A stretch of DNA of 64,000 nucleotides from Eledone cirrhosa (GCA_964016885.1 OZ024742.1:125922001-125986000); one strand, 5' to 3'. Counted from the first letter of the stretch, positions 40,922 to 55,010 are shown. Numbers and translations: made by a program. Notes: generated from the letters alone by a model not told the origin.

Positions 40922-43900
40922 AGTCAACGCGATCAGTCGCATATTTTGGCGTGGGAGACTATTTATTAAATTTAAGATGAATACTATCTCCGACAGTAAT
41001 GCCACAACTACAGCCAGGTTGAATAACTGGTTATTCTTCTAACTATCCCTTCTGAAGACACCTTTTATTCGAATTCGTCGAGATATCCGACTAAATACAT
41101 AATTCATTTTACAAGGATTTGCTACAAACAGCATGGCTGAACACAACATGAACAAGAAAATTAAGGAAGTATCGAAGACAAATAACAAAGAAGGTAATCA
41201 AACTTTATTCAGTTGTAGCTACAGAAGAAACCGAAATTATAAATCGCATTTCTCTTGGAGTTGCGAACTTAATAATGATTTATTTAATTGTTATAAAATG
41301 GCAAAAAAAATCCCTCCATTGGCTATATGAATAGAATGAAGCTACACTGGGACGAAATGCACCCAGAGCTAAATTATTTCACAGCGAAACAATTACGCCA
41401 ACAAGCGACGTTTGTTGAACGTAAAAATAAGATAAATATTATTAATTGTAAGTTCCCCACAACAAACATGGAATCAACAACACGTGCTACAGATCGCCAT
41501 ACTACTAGCAGCCAGGTCGAACAGCGCCTTGAAACAACTATGCCTGTAAGAAACTTGACACCACCTGTACCATCTAAGTCTACCTCGAATGCTGGGGAAA
41601 ACACTATCGATAATAATAATAATCGAAGAAATAATAATAATAATCGAATAAATGTGACACCACGTATACCATCCGAGTCTACCTCGACTGTTGTGGAAAA
41701 TACTATCGATAATGATAATCAAAAGTATAAACAATTGAAAATTTCCCTCAACGAAATCTTCCAGAGAGAAATTAACTCATGTATAAATATCTCTCTGGCT
41801 GAACGTGTTAAAATGACAATGGTGAATAAAAAACCAGATAATGAAATACTACGTGTTATTGACGAAATAAGGGATGAATATTTACGACGGATAAAAACCC
41901 CAACATTTTGGCAAATCAACGCCTGTTTATATGCCTTAAAAATGACAGTGAAGCATTATCTTGGTGATAGCAGAGATATTAACAAGAACAAAACACCACC
42001 AAAAATACCATCATATATAACTAAAATAGGAAAAAAGATTGGTGACCTACGAAAAAACATAGGACATGTGACAATGCTCCTTACATGCAAACAAACACAA
42101 AAAAACCTCACTCCTCACCAACAAAGAGTCAAAAATAAAATAGAGACGATGTTTGGTAACAGTAGAACCAGAACTCTCCAATATAAGCTGATCACCCTCA
42201 AACAAGAATTGAGAGCTGTTAGAGAAAAACTCCGATACATGAAGAAGGTAGATGAGAGAAAAATGCTTAATAAAAGATTCAGACGAAACCAAACATCAGT
42301 CTATAGAGATATGAAGGGCAAAATAATAAGTGTCACTGAGGCCCCATCCCAGAAAGACAGATTCCTTTTGGAGAAAAATATGGGGTGAAAAGAAGAATTT
42401 CAACCAAGATGCAGTGTGGCTAAGAGAAATCCGAAAGAACTATTGCTCCTACACTACAACAAAAAGATACGAAATAAGTGAGGGTACTCTTGAGACTGTG
42501 ATAGGAAAACTCCAAGATAAGAAAACACCAGGAAGAGACATGATTGTCGGCTACTGGTACAAAAAACTAATATTCTATCGGAGGTATCTTACTGACCTCT
42601 AGCAACAAGTTCTTAAGGGAGATACACTTATACCAGAATGGTTGACATTAACACAAACGTTACTCGTCCCCAAGAACAAAGACACCCACTTGGCAAAAAA
42701 ACTACCGACCCATTGCATGCCAGAACCTGATGTATAAGATGTATACAGCCTGCCTGAACCTATTCCTCCAAGATCACTGTGAATAATAAGATCATCACAG
42801 ATGAACAAGCAGCTGGAAAGAAAAGGGTTTGGGGATGTGCTGAACAACTCCTAATCAACAAAACAGCGATGTCGGAGGTGCGACAACTTAGGAGGAATAT
42901 GACTACAGTCTGGCTGGACTACAAGAAAGCTTTCGATTCTGTTCCCCACTCTTGGATGATAGAGGCCCTCCAACTTGCTAAAGTGCCAGACATTATTGTC
43001 AGAGCCATAGAGAGGCTGTCTTCTTCTTGGGCTACTATCCTAAGGTTAAAGACAGAGAGGGAGAACTCTATTTTCACTGATAAAATAAAATATTGCAGGG
43101 GTATATTTCAGGGGGACAGTCTCTCTGTGATATTATTCATTTTGTCATTAAACCCCTTGTCCTTTCTGCTCAAGAAATGTGAGGGATACATCATTGGCTC
43201 ACAGGAGGACAGAAATACGAACCTAACCCATAACTTCTTTGTGGACGATCTGAAACTCTATGCCAAGAACATGGATGGGATGAAGAAAAATCTTGACCTG
43301 GTTACAACGTTCTCAAAGGATATAGGAATGGAGTTTGGCCAAGATAAATGCTCATACATGACTGTAAAGCGGGGGAAAACAACAACCCAATCTAGCAACA
43401 TTGTCATCAATGATCTAACTGTTTCACCGATATCTGATGACGACTGCTACAGATACCTGGGGATAGATGAGAACATATCCTATAATGGTATCTGTAATAA
43501 AGAACACGTAACCAGGAAATACTACACCCGATTAAGAAAGATCTGGTCATCGGAACTCTCTGCGCAAAACAAAACAGTGGCTCACAATGTGTTTGCTGTG
43601 CCTGTCCTAACACCAACGTTTGGAATACTCAATTGAACGATAGACGAAATCCGAGCAGTTGATGTTGGAACTCGAAAAATACTGAACAACACCGGAAACT
43701 TCCACATCAACAGTGACATAGACCGCCTTTACTTGAAACGTAAGCCGGGAGGCAGAGGCCTAACATCAGTCCAGACAACATTTGAATGTTGCATCATATC
43801 TCTCCGACAACATCTACGAACCTCGAAGCGTAGGAGCCCGCTTCTCGAGTAAGTCTATCTGCATGAAACAGATAAGATCATGAGAGTTGGGAAGGAACTC

Positions 43901-45030
43901 CTTGAGAGATATTCCCTGTGTGATAATCAAAAACTCACACCCAGGGATGTCGCTCAGCAGTATCGCAGTGAATCCATGAATGAAAAACATGCATATCAGC
44001 AAAAAATCATGCATGGATATGTTGCCAGGAAGCTCCAGAGTGAGAGTAATATAGATAAGGAAAGTAGTCTATCTTGGACCAACAACCGCTATATTGGCTC
44101 CCACTTTGAAGGATACGCATTGCGATCCAGGAACAGGAGATTAGCACGAAATACCTGATTCACAAAAGAGATAGGGATGCAGGCAAAACACCTAGATGGG
44201 ATAACAAGTGCAGACTCTGCAGAACTAACATCGAGGATATCACCCATGTCATCAGCAGCTGCCCAAAGATGTCATCGCGGTACTATCTACCTATGAGGCA
44301 TGATGTAGTGGCCAAAACACTGTACAATGCAGTTCATAAAAAAGATAGCCCCGATAATAAACACATTAAAAGCTACAACAATGTGGAAGACATCCATGTA
44401 CATAATATGAAAGAGTACTGGTGGAATGTTCCAGTAAAAACCCCAATAAAATGCAGGCATAGTAGACCAGATATTATAAGATGGGACAGGGAGAAGAAAA
44501 CATGCACAGTAGTGGAAATTAGCTGCCCAGCAGATGCCAATATAATATCAAAGATTAGTGAAAAGGAGAATATTTATGCAGAACTGATGAGAAATCTGCA
44601 GATACTCCACCCTGATTACACCTTCAGATTTATGCCTGTGATTATTGGGGCACTGGGATATGTTAGTAACTGCCTCAATACAAATCTTGAGAAGCTAGGC
44701 TTCACAGGAACAGAAAGAACACAACTAGTTAGGAAACTACAAGTACAATCCATTAATGGAACAGTAAAAATATGTAAAATATTCCAAAAATGTTGCATCT
44801 AATAACTGCATATACACATGTACAGAAACAAAGCATATACACATGCACACATACAACTCAAAACATACACATCCACACATACAATAACATCCATATCTAC
44901 ACATGCATGCATACATACATATCTACCTAGTTGATGTTGTGTAAATTGCAATGATAGAGTCTTGGGTCTATGTTAGAAACCGACTCTCTCTATATTGGTA
45001 AAACTTTGTGAAATTATAAAACCAGAAGAA
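40922..45030 (+). mobile_element. Full-length R4/Dong-like (RLE-type) non-LTR retrotransposon inside (TACA)n
   Basis: One disrupted ORF at 41133-44802: KTPGRD, EQAAGK..GCAEQLLINK, WLDYKKAFDSVPHSW, RGIFQGDSLS, FFVDDLKLY, YLG, CRLC..H..C, RHD, RPDII..VVEISCP. (TACA)n sits immediately on both sides. Confidence 0.9.
41133..44802 (+). pseudogene. R4-clade RT, CCHC finger and restriction-like endonuclease ORF (frameshifts and stops)
   Basis: ORF pieces 41133-41330, 41327-42388, 42330-42602, 42779-43636, 43880-44158 and 44269-44802. The TGA at 43634 is TGG in the 27468-29138 copy. Confidence 0.88.
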
Positions 45031-45072
45031 CATACATACATACATACATACATACATACATACATACATACA

Positions 45073-45108
<36 letters not shown>

Positions 45109-45146
45109 TATGTATACCTAGCAACAAACTACATATATATATATAT

Positions 45147-45700
<554 letters not shown>

Positions 45701-45706
45701 TCCTTA

Positions 45707-45799
<93 letters not shown>

Positions 45800-45802
45800 T
45801 TG

Positions 45803-45888
<86 letters not shown>

Positions 45889-46045
45889 TTGGAGCTCTGA
45901 AAGAGCAATATATATATATGAATGTATATATAATGTATTTTGCAATACACTTTATGCTTAATTAAAAGCATTTTGAAGACCGTAAGCTATTGTTTTAGAG
46001 TAGTGACAAACTTACTTACTTTAATCTCAGCAAACAGGGGAGATA

Positions 46046-46090
46046 AGCCGACAAGGGCTTGTTTCGCATTTATTGATGCTTATCAAGGCT
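46046..46090 (-). ncRNA. Hammerhead ribozyme family L (U3-A8 core), copy 1
   Basis: AGCC-TTGATAA-GCAT(caataa)ATGC-GAAA-CAAGCCCTTG-TC/GGCT. Confidence 0.8.
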
Positions 46091-46226
46091 AACTACTCCC
46101 TCCTGTCTACTGAGATCACTGATGTTATATTCTTATAGAATTCTAGTAAATAATCAGGAACTGATTATACAGAGCGGTTGCCGGTCAGGCAGAAATTAAA
46201 AATTAGTAGTCTTTGGCTAAGTAGTT

Positions 46227-46271
46227 AGCCTTGATAAGCATCAATAAATGCGAAACAAGGCCTTGTCGGCT
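46227..46271 (+). ncRNA. Hammerhead ribozyme family L (U3-A8 core), copy 2
   Basis: AGCC-TTGATAA-GCAT(caataa)ATGC-GAAA-CAAGGCCTTG-TC/GGCT; palindromic stem III, GUC site. Confidence 0.83.
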
Positions 46272-46544
46272 TATCTTCCCTTGTTTGCTGAGATTAAAGT
46301 AAGTGAGTTTGTCACTACTCTAGAACAATAGCATACGGTCTTCAAAATGCTTTAATTAAGCATAAAGTGTATTGCAAAATACATTATATATACATTCATA
46401 TATATATTGCTATTTCAGAGCTCCAATTCTAATTTTTTATTTCTGCCTGACCGGCAACCGCTCTGTATAATCAGTTCCTGATTATTTACTAGAACTCTAT
46501 AAGAATATAACCTCAGTGATCTCAGTAGACAGGAGGGAGTAGTT

Positions 46545-46589
46545 AGCCTTGATAAGCATCAATAAATGCGAAACAAGGCCTTGTCGGCT
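46545..46589 (+). ncRNA. Hammerhead ribozyme family L (U3-A8 core), copy 3
   Basis: Identical to copy 2, 318 bp downstream. Confidence 0.83.
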
Positions 46590-46903
46590 TATCTCCCCTT
46601 GTTTGCTGAGATTAAAGTAAGTGAGTTTGTCACTACTCTAAAACAATAGCATACGGTCTTCAAAATGCTTTTAATTAAGCATAAAGTGTATTACAAAATA
46701 CATTATATATACATTCATATATATATTGCTATTTCAGAGCTCCAATTCTATGTATGTATGTATATATATAACAACGGGAATATTCAGGGATAAATCTCAA
46801 TCTTTGGCTAATATACCAATTTGTTGAGAAATAGTGGCTCTGTCGCCTGACAAACATATATATATATATATATGTATATATAATATATATATATATATGT
46901 ATA

Positions 46904-46992
<89 letters not shown>

Positions 46993-46997
<5 letters not shown>

Positions 46998-47719
46998 TAT
47001 TAAAAAAATAATGAATAAACAAAGAAACAGTTCCCCATATTAAAAAAAATTCATCACTTTACAATCGCTTCCAGGATATATATGTGTTAGAATTGGTATG
47101 CATATTCTATAGATCTATGTACAATATTTATACAAACTATCAGAGGGAATATACATACCTTCACACATACATGCTGTCCTCAGAAACAATGATACCTGTT
47201 TATTGATGAGAACAAAGATTCAATACAATAGGTCTGTTTGGGAACAGGTTTTGAATTGACCAATCAGGAGATAGTGAGGGTCAAGATAGTGATACAGTAC
47301 TAGAAGAACGTTAAACCATGGGCAGAGGAAGGTAGACCTCAGTTCCGGATGGAAGAGGGTATTATGAATGAAGGATTACTTTCCTCTGCCCATGGTTTAA
47401 CGTTCTTCTAGTACTGTATCACTATCTTGACCCTCACTATCTCCTGATTGGTCAATTCAAAACCTGTTCCCAAACAGACCTATTGTATTGAATCTTTGTT
47501 CTCATCAATAAACAGGTATCATTGTTTCTGAGGACAGCATGTCTGTGTGAAGGTATGTATATTCCCTCTGATAGTTTGTATAAATATTGTACATAGATCT
47601 ATAGAATATGCATACCAATTCTAACACATATATATCCTGGAAGCGATCGTAAAGTGATGAATTTTTTTTAATATGGGGAACTGTTTCTTTGTTTATTCAT
47701 TATTTTTTTAATAATTTAT
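46993..47719. repeat. Near-perfect inverted repeat with ~340-bp arms
   Basis: 46993-47334 is the reverse complement of 47378-47719; left end abuts (TA)n; same architecture as the other pLTR fold-backs, but no convincing HHR. Confidence 0.92.
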
Positions 47720-47850
47720 CTTGACTCTGTTTTCCGTTTATTTTTCACCGAAAGTAGTTTTTGAATGCATCTTCTCTTTTTATGATATCCGGATTACAAT
47801 GAGTTCTTCATACGGATTGGACACTACCGTAAACTTTTGGTAGATTTATC

Positions 47851-47929
<79 letters not shown>

Positions 47930-47957
47930 GTGTATATATATATATATGTGTGTGTGT

Positions 47958-48026
<69 letters not shown>

Positions 48027-48280
48027 GAAAAGATGAATATAAAATGAAAGTGCTTTTATAAAGGAATTTATTAGGTATTGACATATGTTTCTGTAACAGA
48101 CGGAATACCTATGTATCGCTGCTTGCGTAATCATATAATGTTAGCAAGTATTCGATAGCAAATGCATAATCAGTTGTCACTTCTTCAGAGATATTGGATA
48201 AATTGGAAAAAATCAGAAAAATTAAAGTATTTATATTAGTTGTAAGAAAGGAAGAAGAGAGGGGATAGTATATGTATATA

Positions 48281-48348
<68 letters not shown>

Positions 48349-48443
48349 CATATACTCTATATATATACATATATGTATATACACAGATACATACATACAT
48401 ACATACATATATATGTATATATATGTATATATATATATATAAG

Positions 48444-48513
<70 letters not shown>

Positions 48514-48516
48514 TAT

Positions 48517-49000
48517 TTAGGTTTGTTGGTTCACCTCTGGATAGAATTGGTCATTCCGTATGGTCAATCTCGATGTAATATTATGGAGAGTAATCAACGT
48601 AATGCAGCTCACCCGTCTTCGTTTGTGTAGTTGGTGGTGCGAGTACGGAGTTAATTATTATAATAAAATAACAGGAGGCTCGACTGGTGTAAATCCTTGA
48701 AAGGTTTATTATACTATAATCATTTCAATGACCGGGTTCCATATGAATCCGGTGATATCATCAGGTATTCGAAATATAACAAAGAGCGACCGACTGAGGT
48801 AGAAGATGCTAGATAGTCGGTCGTCCTCTTGTCTATGATTTTCAGCCCCATCGATTTGATCTGTTATATTCCTTTGTTATATTTCGAATACCTGGTGATT
48901 TCACCGGATTCATACTGAACCCGGTCATTGAAATGATCATAGTATAATAAACCTCTTAAGGATTTACACCAGTCCAGCCTCCTGTTAGTTTATTATAATA
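48517..49000. mobile_element. Family I pLTR with inverted HHR-bearing arms
   Basis: HHR at 48711-48768 (-, intact CTGATGA) and 48888-48945 (+, CTGGTGA); 48517-48660 is homologous to 31585-31726 (reverse complement). Confidence 0.85.
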
Positions 49001-49132
49001 TAAACATATATTCAGCTATTATCAGCGACCTGATTTTTCATGTGTCATTTTAACGGCTTGACCGCATACGTTAGGCAGGAAGCATAATATTTACTTGCTA
49101 TGAGGCTTGCTACCTTATGGCGTGGAAATTGG

Positions 49133-49213
49133 GCTGTCTGAAGATTCATTTTTTTCCATTGGAAATTCTCTGAATTTCCAATCTTTCGGAATGATGAAAC
49201 CGTCGGTAACAGC
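49133..49213 (+). ncRNA. Hammerhead ribozyme family M, copy 1
   Basis: GCTGT-CTGAAGA-TTCATT..ATTGGAAATTC(tct)GAATTTCCAAT..AATGAT-GAAA-CCGTCGG-TA/ACAGC; GUA site. Confidence 0.83.
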
Positions 49214-49601
49214 GTCTGAACAGGTGATTATTTAATCATTTTTTAATTTATTTAGAGAATTGTTTAATAACTGCTTGCTTCGCTACTCTTTATATTGTTC
49301 TGGTATCTCGAATTAGTGCCATCGAACCACATGTATTATAAACAACTTGAATATTTCTACAAGTACATTGTACCTGTTGAAGTATTCATCCACTTCTATA
49401 ATTTTTCTCCTTATGTAGAGAACAAAACGTTGAATAATGCTGCTAATTTTAGTGGCAATATCAACATGTTTATAATATTCAGCTATTATCAGCGACCTGA
49501 TTTTGCGTGTGTGTCATTTTAACGGCTTGACCGCATGCGTTAGGCAGGAAGCATAATATTTACTTGCTATGAGGCTTGCTACCTTATGGCGTGGAAATTG
49601 A

Positions 49602-49682
49602 GCTGTCTGAAGATTCATTTCTTTCCATTGGAAATTCTCTGAATTTCCAATCTTTCGGAATGATGAAACCGTCGGTAACAGC
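49602..49682 (+). ncRNA. Hammerhead ribozyme family M, copy 2
   Basis: Same motif 469 bp downstream. Confidence 0.83.
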
Positions 49683-49757
49683 GTCTGAACATGTGATTAT
49701 TTAATCATTTTTTAATTTATTTAGAGAATTGTTTAATAACTGCTTGCTTCGCTACTC

Positions 49758-49907
<150 letters not shown>

Positions 49908-49946
49908 GATATTAATAAATGGAAACTATATTTATAAAACCATATT

Positions 49947-50011
49947 TATTTCATTATACATATTTCAGGGATACCAAATTAAATTATGGTATGCCTTCAT
50001 CAGACAAAATA
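49947..50011 (-). ncRNA. Hammerhead ribozyme family J in the Naiad 3' pLTR
   Basis: TATTTTGT-CTGATGA-AGG.ATACCA...TGGTAT.CCT-GAAA-TATGTA-TA/ATGAAATA. Confidence 0.76.
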
Positions 50012-50593
50012 CAATATATAACAGTTTTACAAATAAGCTTTGACGTACCCTATTAAAATGCAACCATTGTTTTTGGAAGCCATCCGGATAGTGATTTGTT
50101 TATATTACTTTAATAAGTCATAGTGTTAAGGACAATTAGAAAAAGACGGAGAGAAAGAAAAAAACGTGGAGAAATATCGGAGAGAGAGAATGCATGGAGA
50201 AAAAAGAAAGAGATAAGTAAAGACAGGAGGAAAGGAAGAAATGAGAAAAAAGGAAGAAATAAGAAAAACAGAGGAAAGCAACAGAGAGATATTAAGTGAA
50301 CAGACAGATAGAAAAACTCAAGAGAGAGAAATATTATATAGAGAGAGAGGGAGATTGTGAAAACTTTACATCATGTCATATTAAGTTGAGTTAACAATTC
50401 ATATGAAATGAATAATAAAAATATAAATATTAATATTCATGAATGGGACATAAATATATAATATGAGAAATTAAACATTGTTTAATAATGACTATATGTT
50501 TAGTTTAAACCTTGAGATCAATATACCAAGATTTGGGTTTAATCTCCAAAATGTACACATTGCTAGAGAAGTCAGTATCTCAGGCAAAGACAC

Positions 50594-50645
<52 letters not shown>

Positions 50646-51631
50646 GCACGTCCTGAAATTAGAAATTATATTTACTCAAGTCAACAATATAGACATATAA
50701 AACGCAGACGATTTCTCTTAATCACTGCTATACATTCCTTGTGTTATAAAAAGTTCACAGTATATATACATAAATATATACGATAAACATTCATGTCTTC
50801 ATATATATGATTACCATTCATGCATCTATATATGTATAAATAAATATCTGCGTGCGTCTTCACGCATCACTCATGTATACATACAGACATATATACAATC
50901 ATAAAAAACCTATAACACTTTTATATGCATGTTAATACACACATAGACATTTGTATAGAGATAATCAAATATCAATATATTACTAAGGATTATACTTTGG
51001 AAATATAATTATACCAATATAAATTTAAAATACCAAAGGATTATATTTTGGAAATACAACTATATCAATATAGTTAAAAGGACAAACGAATTCTAGAAAT
51101 TTCAAAGCATTAAATATCTTTAAAACACTATAGAGTATCTTAAGTTAAAATAATATGTTTCATATATTTAGTATAGAAAATTATCCTACTTATATTTCAA
51201 TCAAGATATTGAAAGGGTAGACTTATGAGAATTATGAGAAGCTATCAGAATCAAAGAAAAACTAATTAAAAAAATAATAAAAATAAATAAAAATAAAAAT
51301 AAAATAAAAGTTAAATAAATATTATATCAATATAATTTAAAAATTTCAAAATTTCAAAATTTCAAAAAATTTTCAAAAATAAATTTAAAAAAATTTTTAA
51401 AATTCAAAAATTTAAAAGATTTAAAAAACCCAAGGATTCTACAGATATCCTTATATTTAGTATAGAAATTTATCCTACGTATATTTTATTTAAGATATTG
51501 TAAGTATAGACATTTTAAAGTAGTTTATTATATCTATGTTTATATTTAGGAAGAAAAGTTTAAAAAGGTGAAGGAATCTAATGATTTATCGACAGGTTTT
51601 ATATATTAACTAAATTACTTAATTAATTATA

Positions 51632-53854
51632 CTACATTTTAAATTTATATTTATATTTAAACGTTGAGTTCAATCTATGTCTGCAGCAACTGAATAAATT
51701 GTTCCTTAAATTAAGGGAATTTTTGGACTTTAATATAAAGAATATTTCTTCAATACAAAGATCACAATTTTCTGAAGAGGAATTAAAAGGAGTAGCTTTT
51801 GAAATAATATTCCAAGTCATCGAATATTTAACGTTATCTCGTTTTAGGTCCCATAGTAGGCTAGATAGCGAAGTTGAAGATTTTTTGTTTGGATCTGTGA
51901 AAGAATTTTTATGATTATTGAAGCGAAATTTAAATTCAGTAGAGGTAGAACCAACATAGTTAAATGAATTTAAATTAGTTTTAACATTACAATTGTACAC
52001 TACATTTTTAGCTAAGCAGTTGTTATTTAACGGACAGTTAGATTTATTTCTACAGTTACAGTTATTCAATTGAATATTGCTTGGGTTATTATTGGTATTT
52101 TGGTTAGGTTTTAAATTTCTATTATTAATTCTATTAATATTTTGTGCTAAATTTTTGGTGGACGAGTAAGTTAATTTTATAGTGTGTCTATTAAAAATTG
52201 AGTAATATTTATGTGTTCTAGGGAAGCGTTTGTCAAGAGCTTTAAAGAATAGTTTAGCAATAGGGGTTTTAATATTTAGTGAGAAAGGGGGAGCAAACCA
52301 TAATATGTTTCTAGTTCTATTTCTTTTTCGGCTTTTGGAATTATTGTAATGTTTTCTATTATAGTTGCTAAAGTTGTTACCATAATTAAAATTGTTAGGT
52401 TAGTTTGCTTATTATTATTATTATCAATGTATTTAATTTCATTTCTATATCCAGCTCTACCTAACGCTTCGTTGTAATACTGCGCTTTTTCATCAAATAT
52501 ATTTTTATTAGATGAAATTCTTGAAATTCTTTCTTGAACAGAGTTCACTATAGTATTTTTAACAGATCTGGGGTGATTAGAGTTAAAATTAACATAATTC
52601 AAGTTCTCATTTAGTTTGTGAAAAGGATAATGAAGACATGTGTTGAGATTTAGTGTTACGTCAAGAAAATTGACTATTTTATGGTTATTCTCTATTTCTA
52701 CTTTTAGATTAAAGTAATTAAAAAATTGTATAATTTGTTTTCTTTTCCTATTTAGTTCACAGCTATTATTTTGTATAAGTAAAAGCATGTCATCACGATA
52801 TAAGCCTCCGGTTACACCTGGTATTTTTCTATGTAGCGAATTAATTATAAATAGGCCCACAAGGTCCGTTACCTGAGCTGAGTCTGATGATCCCATAGTT
52901 ATGTCGAAATTATTATTTCTATCTGCCCTAGTCCAGAGTTGGTTATTAAATTCTATCAATGTTTTCCTTGCCGATAATATAATGTGCATTTCATTGCTAG
53001 TTAGGTCTGTATGTTTAAATGCGTAATTTAGTGCCTTATTCAGTAGATTAGGAGTGATAGATGAATAGTAGTTAGCAATATCCAGCTGAATAAACTTATT
53101 ATTATAGTTATATTTAATTTCTTTAAACCAATCGATAACCTCACTAGTCCCTTTCCATAATTTTAAGTAAGATAAATTAGGTAAGTTTTTAATTTGTTGT
53201 ATTACCCTGTCTAGAATATTTTTGCTAAGTTTGCCCAGGTCAGATTTAGATGGTGCAATTAATCTGACTGGTAAATCATTTTCAAAGTTTCTTTTGTGAT
53301 CCTTCATATTGATCTTAGGTTTCCTAGGCATGAAGGGTTGTGTTTTATTCTCAATGTCTAATTCATGCATTATACAAGATGCATCTGTATTCAGTTTTTC
53401 AAGTTCGTCCTTATTTGCTACCTTGTACTTTTTCCTTAGTTCTTTCAATATAAGGTCGTTATACATGTCCTTTTGTATTCCATAAAGATTATTAGTTTTG
53501 TCCGACTTCACTAGAATTTTTTCTGTTTTCTCCAAGTTTTCAATATTATCCTTAATACTCCTTAGGTAATCTTGGCCTTTGAAGTTTTTTTTTTTATTTG
53601 ATGCCTTGGATGATAGATACGATATCATTTTCAAAATCCATTAGTAGTTTGTTGGGAGGTGGATTTTTTTTAGATTTGAAAATTTTATCCAGATTTGAAA
53701 CATTTTCATTTAGATTAGATTTATCAAAGTGGAAAGCACGCCACCTGATTCTTCTTATAAAAGAGTCTGATTTTTCTATTAATTGTTTAATAAAATCTTT
53801 GTTCCTAGGTAGAGGTATGTCTTTTAGAGAAGAAGAGATCTTAAAGAATTCCAT
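51632..53854 (-). pseudogene. PLE RT plus GIY-YIG polyprotein (~740 aa) with two frameshifts
   Basis: SLKDIP..FIRRIRWRA, VKSDKTNNLY, MKDHK, PVRLIAPSKSDLGK, QLDIANYYSSI, FDITMGSSDSAQVTDLVG, GLYRDDML, NFLDVTLNL, SNHP; in another frame RNILWFAPPFS..LDKRFP..IFNRHTIKLTYS; then CNC..CP..C..NVVY..YVGST..FRFNNH..CDLCIEE..CCRH. Confidence 0.92.
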
Positions 53855-54100
53855 TTTTTCAGTTATAATGTAAAGCGCTCAACAATACAGGAGCAGAATA
53901 TATGCAAAAGTTCTATTTAAAATTGTTGGGATACAACAAGTAAATATTTTTATAACTGATATAAAGCACTCGACAAGTATTTGGAGTAGATATACGATAT
54001 TAATAAATGGAAACTATATTTATAAAACCATATTTATTTCATTATACATATTTCAGGGATACCGAATATAATGCAGCCCAACAAAAGGACTGCCAACAAC

Positions 54101-54751
54101 TTCCAACATGCTAAGATAGAACACAAGGGTAAATTAGAGAACATAGAAATAAAAATAGAATCTACACACAGAAAAGATGCAATGTTTAGACAAATTACAG
54201 AGGCAATAAACATAAAAGAATTACAACCAAAATTAAATAGAAAATATGAGTGGAACAGCAACATCACAACTTACAATTAAGGACAAAATGAAAACACACA
54301 CACACATAGAACAAACAACCAACCAATAACATGTAAATAAATAAACAAATAGATAAATGAACACAAACACACACAGACACCCGGATGTGGCGCATGCGCA
54401 AACTGAGCACACAACACACACACAGAAACAAAATGGCGTAGGACAGAAGAAAGGAAAGGCACAGAAACAAAGAAAGGAATCCCCAGTCACTGAAGAGGTC
54501 ACAGAGTGTGTGACGAAAGGACTATGACTATATATAAACAACTATCTGGTTGTGGAACCAACCAACCAACCAGAAATTTATAAATTTGTAGATTTGTAAA
54601 TTTATAAATTTATAAATATATAATAAATTGAAGTGAAAGCAACTGGTGCGTGTGTTTCTTATTGGCAACATGACCCTCCCAAAGTATAACAATATCGGTT
54701 TCAACACACGATTTCAGATAAAGAATCTTGCTAAACAAATTCAGAAACGAA
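54101..54751 (+). mobile_element. Family A PLE 3' end (GIY-YIG tail plus pLTR)
   Basis: QHAKIEHKGKLENIEIK...QPKLNRKYEWNSNITTYN, paralogous to 4418-4595; ends on (TA)n. Small pLTR end fragments also occur at 31864-31992 and 32942-33005. Confidence 0.9.
54485..54529 (+). ncRNA. Hammerhead ribozyme family A, third copy
   Basis: AGTCA-CTGAAGA-G-GTCACA(gagtg)TGTGAC-GAAA-GGAC-TA/TGACT; CUA site. Confidence 0.8.
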
Positions 54752-54804
<53 letters not shown>

Positions 54805-54949
54805 TACATACATACATATATATATATGTGTGTACATCAATTTCCAGCGACCAATCGATCCTCTAAAACGATAGTAAAACGATGAACTAAATATCTACCT
54901 ACGCCTGTTTTCTGTTTTTTATTGTTATACTCATATATATATATATAAT

Positions 54950-55010
<61 letters not shown>

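Larger units (their letters stand above)
45883..46750. mobile_element. Retrozyme-like family L: one inverted unit plus ~1.7 tandem 318-bp units
   Basis: 45883-46200 (minus sense) then 46220-46750 (plus sense, period 318); shares conserved blocks with families B and C; both ends run into AT microsatellite. Confidence 0.88.

Noticed and set aside
47524-47570. CTGAGGA...GAAG hammerhead-like string in the 47-kb inverted repeat
   Set aside because: GAAG instead of GAAA, and no stem I partner was found.
51632-53854. Selenoprotein-encoding Naiad (reported for some members of this clade)
   Set aside because: The conserved Cys positions translate as Cys with no in-frame TGA; the breaks are frameshifts, and no SECIS was recognised.
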